Below are positions 48,964 through 59,286 of a stretch of 64,000 nt of DNA, piece after piece (positions within the stretch are counted from its first letter, which is position 1; each line of letters opens with the position of its first letter). A model generated the notes under the pieces. The model made no database searches, was not told the DNA's origin, and saw nothing but the letters and a program-made list of their open reading frames with translations. This DNA comes from an uncultured delta proteobacterium (GTDB lineage Bacteria; Desulfobacterota; Binatia; UBA9968). A program made the translations under genes and the position numbers. The DNA is taken from positions 64,001 to 128,000 of the forward strand of contig CAWJZV010000041.1 of NCBI GenBank assembly GCA_963847445.1. Direction: 5' to 3'.

Positions 48964-49932
48964 TCAGCGCGCCATTTCGCGCCGGACCTCTTCGAGGACG
49001 CGGAAGTCGACGATCTTGTTCAACGCGATGTCGCCGATGCTTTTGTCGGAGTTCTGGATCAGTTTGATATGGACCTTCAGGCCGGCGTCGGACGAGGCGC
49101 CGTCGCGGCTGGCGGCCTTCATGATCGATTGATAGGAGTCGCGTGCCGTCGCCGCATCGAGCTTCCATTCGCGCTCGACGATCTTGATCGACTCTTCAGG
49201 ATTGTCCCGGGAGAACAGCAGGCCGCGGTAAAAGGCGCGCAGCAGCCGCTTCACTTGATCGCGATTCTCAGTCAGCCGGCGCTCGGTGGTGGTAAAGCCG
49301 TTACTGGGAAACTCAATGGCGTCGCCAAGAAACAGCAACTCGCGAAAGCCTTTTTGCTTGAGCATGGAGTTGTCCGGCGGATTGGCGATGTTGGCGTCCA
49401 CCGAGCCGGCGATGAGCGCGGCGTTGCGCGTGTTGCCCAGGCCGATCATGATCAAGACGACATCTTTTTGCGGATCGAGGCCGTTGGCTTGGAGCGCGAC
49501 TCGAGCGGCTAAATCGGTGGTGCCGCCGAAACGGCTGACGGCGACTAATTTGCCGCGCAGCTCGCTGACCGATTTGATGGCGGGCTTGGACATGACGAAA
49601 TAATTCGGCAGCCGGGCGCTGAAAAAGATCGATTTCAACGGCGCGCCTTTGGCCGCCAGGCGCAGCGCCGAGTCGGCGACGCCATGGTATTCGACCTCGC
49701 CGCTCAGCAGCGCGTTGTGAGCGATGTTAGGCAGCAGCGCCGGCAGTTCGAGTTCGATGTTTTCGTCTTTGAGGAAACCGCGGTGCAGGGCGATGAACAT
49801 GGGCAGATAACCCATGGAGCGCGACGGCAGCGCGAGACGGACTTTTTCCGCCGCAGCAAAGTTTGTTGCGGCCAGGAGGGTTAGCATCAGGGTAAGGACT
49901 ACGCTCAAGCCGTAGAGAAATTTGCGGGTCAT
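48964..49932 (-). CDS. NitT/TauT-type substrate-binding protein
   Basis: Signal peptide, GFLKDENIELE, FLGD..FPSNGF. Confidence 0.85.
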   Translation of the reverse strand: MTRKFLYGLSVVLTLMLTLLAATNFAAAEKVRLALPSRSMGYLPMFIALHRGFLKDENIELELPALLPNIAHNALLSGEVEYHGVADSALRLAAKGAPLKSIFFSARLPNYFVMSKPAIKSVSELRGKLVAVSRFGGTTDLAARVALQANGLDPQKDVVLIMIGLGNTRNAALIAGSVDANIANPPDNSMLKQKGFRELLFLGDAIEFPSNGFTTTERRLTENRDQVKRLLRAFYRGLLFSRDNPEESIKIVEREWKLDAATARDSYQSIMKAASRDGASSDAGLKVHIKLIQNSDKSIGDIALNKIVDFRVLEEVRREMAR

Positions 49933-50083
49933 GATCTGCTTCCGTGTCCGGCGACGAATTTGCGCTAGTATAACCAGAACTTGCGATGAAGCAACTCAGT
50001 TCACCGTGGAATTTGCCATGGAAATCCGCCACCGCCGAGATTAAAATACGACGATAAGCCGAGATCCGAGTGGAGGACTAAAT

Positions 50084-51070
50084 ATGACATTGGGGCGTGT
50101 GTTGGTCGAGGAGTTTCAGCCGGAAGTTTTGCAATGGTTGCGCGAGCGGGTTGACCTGGTGGTGGTCAATCCTTGGGTCGAGCCGCAGCGCTGGGATATC
50201 GAAGTGGCGCGCGTCGACGCGGTGATCAGCCGTAAGGGGCAAATCACCCGGGAGCATATGGAAAAGGGCGGCGGGCGTTTGAAAATCATCGCTCGCACCG
50301 GCGTCGGCGTCGATCCGTCGCGGGTCGACTTGGAGGCGGCCAAGGAACTCAAAGTTTGGGTGACCAACCAGCCCGGCAGCAACGCCGTCTCGGTCGCCGA
50401 GTTGGTGTTCGGCCAGATGATCGCGCTGGTGCGCCACACCCATGCGGCCGACCGCGCGGTCAAAGATAATCGCTGGAGCGATTATCTAAAATTCATCGGC
50501 ACCGAGCTCGCCGGCAAATCTCTCGGCATCGTCGGCATGGGCAACATCGGCGCGCGCATGGCGATCCGGGCGCGCGCTTTTGAGATGGCTTTTCTCGTCT
50601 ACGATCCTTATATCCCCGAGTCCCATGTGACCGCGCTGGGCGGCAAGTGGGTTGGCCTCAACGACCTTCTGTCGGACGCCGATTTCGTGACGATCCACTG
50701 CCCGCTCAATCGTGAAACTCGCGGCATGGTCGGCGCCAAAGAATTGGCGTTGCTGAAGCCCTCGGCATTTCTCATCAATATGGCGCGCGGCGGCATCGTC
50801 GATGAAGTAGCGCTGTGCCAGACCTTGCAGCAGGGCAAGATCGCCGGTGCGGCATTGGACGTGATCGCCGCCGAGCCGCCGGCCAAGGACCATCCGTTGT
50901 TCAAGCTCGACAATGTTCTGTGGACGCCGCATTTGGGCGCGGTGACGCTGGAAGCTTCCGAGCGCGGCGAATGGGGCGCGGCTGAAGAAGTCATTCGCGT
51001 GCTCGAAAGCAAACGGCCGAAGAATCCGGTGGTGGACGCGGATGAAGCGCGATTGCTATTGCCGGCGTAA
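50084..51070 (+). CDS. D-2-hydroxyacid dehydrogenase (SerA-like, no ACT domain)
   Basis: ARTGVG, NAVSVAE, GMGNIG, INMARG, TPHLGA. Confidence 0.88.
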   Translation: MTLGRVLVEEFQPEVLQWLRERVDLVVVNPWVEPQRWDIEVARVDAVISRKGQITREHMEKGGGRLKIIARTGVGVDPSRVDLEAAKELKVWVTNQPGSNAVSVAELVFGQMIALVRHTHAADRAVKDNRWSDYLKFIGTELAGKSLGIVGMGNIGARMAIRARAFEMAFLVYDPYIPESHVTALGGKWVGLNDLLSDADFVTIHCPLNRETRGMVGAKELALLKPSAFLINMARGGIVDEVALCQTLQQGKIAGAALDVIAAEPPAKDHPLFKLDNVLWTPHLGAVTLEASERGEWGAAEEVIRVLESKRPKNPVVDADEARLLLPA

Positions 51071-51078
51071 ACAAGAAC

Positions 51079-51138
51079 GTAAGGGGTAAGTAGCGTCAGA
51101 ATGGCGAGTCCGGACGCCTCGCCTAACTTGCCCCTTAC
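51079..51138. repeat. hairpin between convergent genes
   Basis: GTAAGGGGTAAGT / ACTTGCCCCTTAC. Confidence 0.55.
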
Positions 51139-51142
51139 TGTC

Positions 51143-52213
51143 TTACCTCTTCAGAGCTTTTTCCAGTCGTGTTTTGATCGCCGGCGGCATGGCGAGGAAG
51201 TCGCGGACGATTTTATAAATCGACTCGGCGAAGATCGGGGTGATTTCCAGCTTGCCTTTTTCCGCCTCAGCTAAGAACGATTTGTCGGTGAGAGTCTTAG
51301 CAAAGGCCGCTTCCAAGGCCGCGGCGCGGTCGGCGGGCACGCCCGGCGGCACCATATACACTTTGCCGAACTGATTGGGCGCGCTGGTGCCGTAGCGCAA
51401 TAACAGTCGCTGGTTTTCGTCTTTGGTTAGTTCAGGGATAGTCGGAATACTATTCGCAGGCAGATCGGCCAACGGTTGATCGGCGAGCTGGGCGATGACC
51501 GACCAGTCGCGGTTTTTGAATTTATCCAGTGAACTCGGTTTGACCGTGCTCCAGGGATTGAAAAAACCGCCGATCTCACCGGAGTCGATGGCCAAGCGGA
51601 TATCGGCGCTGCCTTTGTAGCCTGAAACGACTTTCAGATTTGCCTCCAATGCCTCGCGCAACAGGATCGGCGCGTGTTCCAGGGTCGAGTTGGGGATAGC
51701 GCCCAGGGTCAGCTGCTTGGCATTGCTTCCAACCAAGTCGGTGAATTTAGCTATGCCCGACTGGCGCGCGACGATCATGACATAAGTTTCGTTCACCGGC
51801 ACGGCTAGATAGCGGAACTTGGCCATGTCGAAATGAACGCCTGGATTGGCGAAGAGTTGTTCCAAGATCACCGCGCCGTTGAGCATGCCGATCTCGCTAC
51901 CGTCCCTGGCGCCGCTATTGAATATATAATTGCCGGCGATGATGCTGCCGGCGCCGGGCATGTTGGCCACGGCGAGGGTGGGGTTGCCGGGGATAAAGCG
52001 GCCGAGGTGGCGCGCGATCAATCGCGAATATACGTCGGCGCCGCCGCCAGGGGGAAAGCCGACGACGATCCGGACGACCTTACCGCGGTAGAAGTTAGCC
52101 ACGGTCTGCTCGTCGAACTTTTGCGGCTTCGCTAGAGCCGCGCCGAGGGATTCTCCGTGGGCGGAAAAATTTATCAGGAACAGCGCGGCGATAAGGAACA
52201 AGAACCTACGCAT
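51143..52213 (-). CDS. Bug/TctC tripartite tricarboxylate transporter binding protein
   Basis: IVVGFPPGGGAD.YSR, NMPGAG, GYKGS, PPGVP. Confidence 0.88.
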   Translation of the reverse strand: MRRFLFLIAALFLINFSAHGESLGAALAKPQKFDEQTVANFYRGKVVRIVVGFPPGGGADVYSRLIARHLGRFIPGNPTLAVANMPGAGSIIAGNYIFNSGARDGSEIGMLNGAVILEQLFANPGVHFDMAKFRYLAVPVNETYVMIVARQSGIAKFTDLVGSNAKQLTLGAIPNSTLEHAPILLREALEANLKVVSGYKGSADIRLAIDSGEIGGFFNPWSTVKPSSLDKFKNRDWSVIAQLADQPLADLPANSIPTIPELTKDENQRLLLRYGTSAPNQFGKVYMVPPGVPADRAAALEAAFAKTLTDKSFLAEAEKGKLEITPIFAESIYKIVRDFLAMPPAIKTRLEKALKR

Positions 52214-52279
52214 GAGGGGCAGCTGCAACGATTTGCGGTCGAACGAATGACGCGGATCGAACTGACCAACGCGACGACG

Positions 52280-52990
52280 CTAGCGCAGCTTGGCCGTGCT
52301 GACGTGGACTCTACCATCGCTCTGCAACTTGACGACGTTGACAGTGCCGGTGTACTCGGGCGAGCCGGAGTAGTGGGCGGTCACATCGCCGTTGCCCACC
52401 GCAATGGACTGATTCCAGTGGCCGAGGGCGACATAATCGGCGCTGGTGGCGAGCAGTTCCTCGCGATGGATCAGCCAGGAGCCGATCATTCGATTGGGAT
52501 CGCGCGCTTCGTCGACATAGTGACCATGGGCGGCGACGAGCTGCCAGCGGGTGCTGCGCGGCTGGGGATTAGCCAGCGGCGACATGTCGGTGTAGTCGAC
52601 GTGGGCGTGGCCCCAGATCTCCAGATCGAACTCCGGGAACATGATGGACTTGCCGCAGTTCAAGCCGAGAATATTGACGTTGGCAACGTCGGCCAGGCCG
52701 CCGCGCCGATAGACAGAGTCGGGAGTCAGCGGGTCATGGTTACCCGGCAGGATCACCACGCGCTTGCCGTAGTCGCGCAAGATTCCCGCCGCGCGCTCAA
52801 GCAGGTCGACAGGTTGGCGGTGATTGTCGAAAGAGTCGCCGGCGAGCAGGACGATGTCGGCATCGACCTCGTTGGCCGCGGCCAACACCTGCGGCAACAC
52901 CGCTAAACGGTCTTTTTCACTGAAGCTATCGTCGGTGCCGAGGTGCAGATCCGAGCTATGAACTATAGTCACTTCTGGGTGCGTAGCCAT
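52280..52990 (-). CDS. SbcD/Mre11-like metallophosphoesterase
   Basis: HSSDLHLG, AGDSFD, PGNHD, AHG, YVALGHW, YSGSPE. Confidence 0.88.
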   Translation of the reverse strand: MATHPEVTIVHSSDLHLGTDDSFSEKDRLAVLPQVLAAANEVDADIVLLAGDSFDNHRQPVDLLERAAGILRDYGKRVVILPGNHDPLTPDSVYRRGGLADVANVNILGLNCGKSIMFPEFDLEIWGHAHVDYTDMSPLANPQPRSTRWQLVAAHGHYVDEARDPNRMIGSWLIHREELLATSADYVALGHWNQSIAVGNGDVTAHYSGSPEYTGTVNVVKLQSDGRVHVSTAKLR

Positions 52991-53086
52991 TTTTAGCCGT
53001 CCGGTTGCGAGAATATAGAAAACCGTAACAAAAGCGCCGGGAAAAGAAAAGCCAGCGGTAGAAATGAAGATAGTGGGTCATTGGCC

Positions 53087-53124
53087 AAAAAAAAGAGCAA
53101 GGCGGAGAGGGCCACCTTGCTCTT
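53087..53124 (-). terminator. intrinsic terminator
   Basis: Minus strand AGAGCAAGGTGG..CCGCCTTGCTCT followed by T8. Confidence 0.8.
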
Positions 53125-53144
53125 CAGTCAATCTAGTAGAAAGA

Positions 53145-53413
53145 TTACTTGCTGGCTTTCTTCTCGTCGCTCTTCGCGTCCGCTTTGGCGTCCTTGGCTT
53201 TTTCACTGGCCTTCGCGTCGCCTTTAGCTTCGCCCTTGGCCTTCTCGCCGCCCTTGGCCGGCTCGGCCTTGCTCTCACCCTTGGTGTCGCCGGCTTTCGC
53301 CTTGGCATCGGCCTTGGCTGGCTCAGCCTTCTTCTCTTCCTTACGGCATCGGCCGCAAATGCGGCAGAAGCTAAAAACATCGAAGTAACAAATACGCTCA
53401 AAAATCTTTTCAC
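53145..53413 (-). CDS. small secreted Lys/Ala/Glu/Asp-rich low-complexity protein, one indel
   Basis: Signal MKRFLSVFVTSMFLASAAFAA then EEKKAEPAKADAKAKAGDTKGESKAEPAKGGEKAKGEAKGDAKASEKAKDAKADAKSDEKKASK*; GGGGA RBS; own terminator. Confidence 0.75.
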
Positions 53414-53638
53414 TAGTGATTCCCCCTTAAAATATTTGTGGTTGCTATTTGAACAAAGCGTTGGGGTATCGCCCTCCACTCGACCTAATTTCAACGCATT
53501 CGTTCTGGTGACTTGGACGTGTGCTAGCAGCTTTCCATTCACGCTGGATGAGTTTATATATGAATCGGCCTCAATTGCTCAAGCTTAATCACGATCGCGT
53601 ATGCGCGCTAAGTTTTTGAAATTTAGGAGGTTCTTGCG

Positions 53639-55100
53639 ATGTCGGAGGGGTTGACGATTGCTCAAGGCGATAACCGATTGGTTTTGTTGCCGCGTATGGC
53701 GAACCGCCATGGTCTGATCGCCGGTGCCACCGGAACCGGCAAGACGGTGACGCTACGGGTGATGGCGGAGAGTTTTAGCCGCATCGGCGTGCCGGTATTT
53801 ATGGCGGATGTGAAAGGCGATTTATCGGGTATCGCTCAAGCCTGGCACGGCGAATCCTAAAATCGGCGAACGGGTCGCCAAGCTCGCCATCGAAGGATTT
53901 CAATTTTCCGCCTATCCCGTGGTCTTCTGGGATCTCTTCGGCGAACAAGGCCATCCGGTGCGGACCACCATCTCGGACATGGGGCCGCTGCTCATGGCAC
54001 GCTTGCTCAATCTTAACGAGACCCAGAGCGGCGTGCTGACGATGGTCTTCAAAATCGCCGATGACAACGGCATGCTGCTGCTCGATTTGAAAGATCTGCG
54101 CGCCATGCTGCAACATGTCGGCGACAACGCGGCGCAGTTCAAAACCCAATATGGCAATGTCTCGGCGGCGAGCGTCGGGGCGATCCAGCGCGGCCTGTTG
54201 GGACTCGAAGAGCAGGGCGCCGACAGGTTTTTCGGCGAGCCGGCGCTCGATCTCGAAGATCTGATGCAGACCGACAGCCAAGGGCGCGGTGTGATCAATA
54301 TTCTTACCGCCGATAAGCTCATCAATGCGCCCAAGCTCTACGCGACGTTCTTACTCTGGCTGCTGTCCGAGTTATTCGAACGCTTGCCGGAGGTGGGCGA
54401 TCCGGAGAAACCCAAGCTGGCATTTTTCTTCGACGAAGCGCATCTGCTTTTCAACGATGCGCCCAATGTCTTGCTGGAGAAGATCGAGCAGGTGATCCGC
54501 CTGATCCGTTCCAAAGGCGTCGGCGTTTACTTCGTGACGCAGAATCCCCTCGACGTGCCCGATGTCGTGCTCGGCCAGTTGGGCAATCGCGTGCAGCATG
54601 CGCTGCGGGCGTTCACGCCGCGGGATCAGAAGGCGGTGAAAGCCGCGGCGACAACTTTTCGGCAGAACAAAGACATCGACGTCGAAACCGGCGATCACCG
54701 AACTCGGCGTCGGCGAAGCGCTGGTGTCGTTTCTCAACGACAAAGGCCAACCGACGGTGGTCGAGCGCGCGCTGATCTATCCGCCGCAAAGCCAGCTGCC
54801 GCCGTTGACTGCCGGCGAGCGCGAGCAGATCGTCAAGCAGGTTCAACGCTCTACGGCCATTATGAAAAGATCGTCGACCGCGACTCGGCCTACGAGATGC
54901 TCAAGGCCCGCGCGCCGCAGGCAGAAGCCGGGCCGGCGCCAGCGCAGAGCGGCGTCGGTTGGCAGGGCGAAGCCGGGAAATTGCTCGGCGCCCTAAGTAA
55001 AAGCGCCGCGCATGCGATCGGCAGCCAAGTTGGCAGAGAGATTATCCGCGGCGTCTTGGGATCGATCTTCGGTTCGACGACGACGCGAAGAAGGAGATAG
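53639..55100 (+). CDS. DUF853 HerA-like ATPase (YjgR family), frameshifted
   Basis: [44 protein letters not shown]. Confidence 0.9.
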
Positions 55101-55109
55101 GATTCTTTA

Positions 55110-55279
55110 ACCGCAAAGTACGCAAAGAACGCAAAAAAGATTTCTGAATCGTCGGGGCAGGTTTGCAAACCCGCCCTTTTAGATTGTGTCGGCGGTTCGT
55201 TCGAAAATCTTGCTTGCAGGCTGATCTCTTCCAGTCGCTCTTCTTTTCTTACCTTTGCGTTCTCTGCGTACTTTGCGGT
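55110..55279. repeat. element with 26-bp inverted repeats enclosing a REP
   Basis: ACCGCAAAGTACGCAAAGAACGCAAA / TTTGCGTTCTCTGCGTACTTTGCGGT (25/26); REP at 55151-55176. Confidence 0.82.
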
Positions 55280-55288
55280 GAAATATTC

Positions 55289-56462
55289 TTACGGTCTTTC
55301 CACCGGCAACGGCTCGTAGATCATGTCGCCGCGTATGGCGTAGACGGGTGTAATCGTTTGCTTGGCTGGAATCATGCCTTTTTGCGAGTCGAGCGCTTGC
55401 CACTCTCGGTCTTCAATCTTCAAAACTGAAATTTCCGCCTGATCGCCGACGCGCAGGGTGCCGAGCTGCCCGGTTCGGCCCAGGAGCTTCGCGGCGTTGG
55501 CCGTCGCCATTTCGACTACCTGATTCAGGGTAAATCCCAGCGCCATCAGTTTCGCCATGGTCGTCGGCAGATCGTAGACCGGGCCGGCGCGGTTGCCGCG
55601 GTGGCCGTCGGTGGAGACGCCGTCGGGGTGGAGCCCCTGGTCGAGCACCTTGCGGGCGACGTCGAAGTTCAAATTATGCAGACCGTGGCCGACGTCCATG
55701 AGCACGCCGGTTGCTTTGGCGTCGCGCACCTGCGGCCACAGTTTGCCATTGGCGTCGAGCAAGCCGCCCGGATGCACGGTGAACATATGGGTGATGATGT
55801 CGCCGGGGACGAGATACTTGAGCACGTCGCCGATGGCGACCGGCTCGGTGCCCTTGGTCCAGCTCTCGCCGATATGAATCAGCAACGGTATCTTGAGCGC
55901 GTCGCCGAGTTTGCGCGCGCGCTCCAGCGGCTTCAGCCCCTGCGCGCCCAGCGCGCCGCCGGTGGCCATGATCTTGATGCCGACGATGATGTCGCGGTTG
56001 GCTTCGACCGCCTGCTCGATCTTCGCTTCGTCGATCAAGCGCGGGTCGGCGAGGATGCTGTAGCCCGGACCGCTGACGCCGCCGAGGGTCGACAGATTGA
56101 TATAGTTCAGCACCCGCGTCTTGGCGTTGTCGGTGACGTAGTTGCGAAAGACATTGAGCAGCGTATGACCGGCGCTGCCGGCGTCGACGACTGTGGTTAC
56201 GCCCGAGCCGACGCCGAAAATATCCGGGTCGACGCCAAAGGCGCCGAGCCCTTTCATCAAGTGTAGATGAACGTCGATCAAGCCCGGCGTGACGATGCAT
56301 TCTTTGGCGTCGATGACGGATGGCGCCGTCGGCGTCGAGATTCGCGCCGATCGCTTCAATCTTGCCGTCGACGACGCGAATGTCGAACGAGCCATCTCTG
56401 CCGCTCGCCGGGTCGATCAGTCGGCCGCCTTTAACTAAGAAATTAGAGATTCGTTGCGACAT
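55289..56462 (-). CDS. amidohydrolase/deacetylase family metallohydrolase (dihydroorotase-like), frameshifted
   Basis: PGLIDVHLH, GVTTVVDAGSAG, GIK, HIG, THMF, DVGHG, STD. Confidence 0.88.
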
Positions 56463-56479
56463 TTGCGTGGATGAGCAAG

Positions 56480-56731
56480 TTAAGCCGATGCTCGGCGCTT
56501 CTTCGTCGGTGTGGAACGAAAAGCCGTCGTGGCCAGTTGCAGCAGCGAGCGCAGCGTATCGTTGACTATCTTGTCGTTGGGAAACGCCTTCGCGATTTCC
56601 GGTTCAAGGAGTACAACATTCGTCGTGGCTGCGATGTTCTTGGCGTATTTGCCGCGCACCATCGCGCCAAAGTCCGATCGCTTATATTCACGCCGAAGCC
56701 CATCCGACTTCTGCGATTTAGCCTTCTTCAT
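56480..56731 (-). CDS. BrnA-like antitoxin
   Basis: LRREY..RGKYA, VVLLEPEIAKAFP....VN..LR.L; overlaps the toxin gene. Confidence 0.75.
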   Translation of the reverse strand: MKKAKSQKSDGLRREYKRSDFGAMVRGKYAKNIAATTNVVLLEPEIAKAFPNDKIVNDTLRSLLQLATTAFRSTPTKKRRASA

Positions 56732-56996
56732 AAATGCTCCGTTCTTTTTTCGTCGCTAGACGCGCCGTGATGATGCGAATCGTGTCTTCACGTTCCGCAA
56801 AGCCCACCACCAATAATCGCCGGCGAGACGACAGCCCGAATGTGATGAAGCGTTCTTCTTCATCAGAGTGGTCCGGGTCTCGGCCGGTCGTCGAAAGTGG
56901 ATCGCGAAGAGCGGTCGTTGCTTCATGAAAGCTGACACCATGTTTACGGAGATTTGAAGTAGCTTTCTTCGGATCCCACGCGAATTTCACAGCCAA
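56718..56996 (-). CDS. BrnT family toxin
   Basis: FAWDPKKA.SN.RKHGVSF, DHS..EERF, IRIITAR.A. Confidence 0.9.
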   Translation of the reverse strand: MAVKFAWDPKKATSNLRKHGVSFHEATTALRDPLSTTGRDPDHSDEEERFITFGLSSRRRLLVVGFAEREDTIRIITARLATKKERSIYEEG

Positions 56997-57077
56997 GGTA
57001 TAGCTGAAACCGGCTGTGAACCCAAGGAATCACAACAAGATTACGGGCCCTTGCCGCCTGAACTCGTGCGATCGCAT

Positions 57078-58254
57078 TCAAGTCGTATAATACGCATTCT
57101 CTTTCACGTAGCCTTCGGTCAAATCGCAGCCCCAGACGCGAGCCGATGCTTTGCCGATGCCGAGCTCGACGCCGATGGCAACTTCGGACTGGCTGAGATA
57201 TTTCCGCAGCGCTTCGAGATCGCAGTCGACAGGGGAGCCTTTTTTGAAAACGGCGGTGGCGCCGAATCGAATGGTGACTTTGGCCGGGTCGATGCTCGGA
57301 TCGAAGGATCTTGCCCACTGCCATGATCACCCGGCCCCAGTTGGGATCGGAGCCGTAGACCGCGGTTTTCACCAGCGGCGAATTGGCGACCAACTTCGCC
57401 ACCCGTTGCGCTTGCGCAGCCGTCTTGGCGCGACTGACGTCGACGGTGATGAGTTTGGTCACGCCTTCGCCGTTGCGGGCGATTTCGCGGGTGAGATATT
57501 CGCAGACCTGGAACAAGTCCCTTTTCAAATTGCGGCAGCTTCACTTTGCCGGCGAGTCCGTTCGCCATCAGCACGACGGTGTCGCTGGTGCTGGTGTCGG
57601 TGTCGATGCTCATGCAGTTAAACGTCCGGTCGACGACGCGCTTGAGCATCGGCTTCATCGCCGCCTTCGGCAATTCGGCATCGGTCATCAGGTAGACCAA
57701 CATGGTCGCCATGTTGGGCTCGATCATGCCGGCGCCCTTGGCGATGCCGGCGATGGTCGCTTTGCCGACCTCGGACCGAGATGTACTTGGGATACATGTC
57801 GGTGGTCATGATCGCTTCGGCGGCGAGTTTCAGATTATCCGGCTTCAGCTCGCCGCGAATGCCTTTTAGCCCGGCGCGAATCTTATCCATCGGCAAGCGG
57901 CCGGCCGATGACACCGGTGGAGAAAGGCAGGACATCGTATGGATCGACGCCCAGTTCTGCACCAACGATCCGGCAGGTCTCGACGGCGTTGTCGATGCCC
58001 TGCTTGCCCATGGCGACGTTGGCGTTCTTGCTGTTGATCACCAGCGCTTGGGCAAAGCCGTTGGCGATATGCTTGCGCCCGACGATCACCGGCGCGCCGG
58101 GAAAACGGTTGCGCGTAAACATCGCCGCCGCCCGCGCGCGCACAGTGGAAAAGATCACCGTCAAGTCGAGCGTCGAATCTTTGATGCCGACGTTTTTGGC
58201 GAGGGCGAGAAAACCTTGAGGGTGGTGGAATTCCGTGGGTGGTGTGTGCTGCAT
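57078..58254 (-). CDS. argJ: ornithine acetyltransferase ArgJ, frameshifted
   Basis: FTRN, NSKNANV, STGVIG, IMTTD, AKGAGMIEPNMATML, DTDTSTSD, SPLVKTA..DPNWGR, WGCDLT. Confidence 0.92.
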
Positions 58255-58382
58255 CTTTCGTGCCTACTTCAAAAATAATTTTCAGAGTCGGAGCATAACA
58301 CAGCCATGGACAAATTTAAGGGCCGCTATGACCACATTTTTGAAGTTGGGGCCGATGCTCAACCTAATTGTGCTCGGTGTTC

Positions 58383-59105
58383 TCAACCACGTCCAGCCTT
58401 GCACACGAAATACAGCCGCTCCGACCGGTCCGATGGCCGCGCGCCTTCGGGATCGAACACTTTGACTTCGGTGAAACAGGCTCGCAAGGCAGTCAGAATG
58501 CGCTGCATCGGAAACGCCGTCTCTTCGATGGTCTCGGCGATGAGTTTATAGTCATCGCGTTTGCGGTGTTCAAAGATTTTCACGTCCCATGCGAATACTC
58601 CTGCCCGCCCGCCGTTCACTCTAATGACCACTAGATCCCGGCCGAACTGTGTAACCCACGGCGGACCTTCGACGAGACGTTGCAGCTTGCCCGTGGTATT
58701 TACATCACAAACAAAAACTCCGCCGGAATTGAGATGGCCGGCAACGCCTCGAAAGGTTTTCTTCCAGTCAGAAAATCGCCGCAGGTGATTGATCGAGTCG
58801 AAGGCGCAGACGATGGCGTCGAACCGGCGGTCGATGTGAAAACTCGTCATGTCCTGCCGGAAAAGACGGATATGCGGCAGTTTCGCGCGCGCGATCGCGA
58901 GCATGGGCCGGGAGCGATCGAGGCCGGTGACATCGTAGGATTCTGACAAGCGGCCCAATAGGCCGCCAGTGCCGCAGGCGATTTCCAACAGCGTCTTTGC
59001 GCGCGGATGGTGATGCTCGATGAGATCGCGAATGTAATTCGCCGCATCCGCTCGATCGCCCATGACCTGGTCGTAGAACCTTGAGAATCTGTCGTAGGGC
59101 ATCAT
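58383..59105 (-). CDS. class I SAM-dependent methyltransferase
   Basis: LLEIACGTG, GLDRS..ML, FDSINH, GGVFVCD. Confidence 0.88.
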   Translation of the reverse strand: MMPYDRFSRFYDQVMGDRADAANYIRDLIEHHHPRAKTLLEIACGTGGLLGRLSESYDVTGLDRSRPMLAIARAKLPHIRLFRQDMTSFHIDRRFDAIVCAFDSINHLRRFSDWKKTFRGVAGHLNSGGVFVCDVNTTGKLQRLVEGPPWVTQFGRDLVVIRVNGGRAGVFAWDVKIFEHRKRDDYKLIAETIEETAFPMQRILTALRACFTEVKVFDPEGARPSDRSERLYFVCKAGRG

Positions 59106-59286
59106 CGGTTACGGTGTTACTTTGAGCGCAGCGATTTTCGCGTCAAGATGAAATCTTTTCCACGGTCCGAAAGGTTTTTCGTGATGGTTATCAAGCGAGG
59201 CGCGGCAAATTTGCCGAAGACTCAAGCGAGGCGGAGGCTAAACGGTTGAGGCTGGCGCACTTGCGCACTCAAATGGTGCGCTAGCG

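Noticed and set aside
42522-55100. Archaeal-style Topo VI + Mre11 + HerA repair cluster
   Set aside because: The genes are separated and divergent, the ATPase is the common DUF853/YjgR type, and NurA and Rad50 are absent.
59191-59233. Direct repeat TCAAGCGAGGCG x2
   Set aside because: Only two 12-bp copies with no supporting context.
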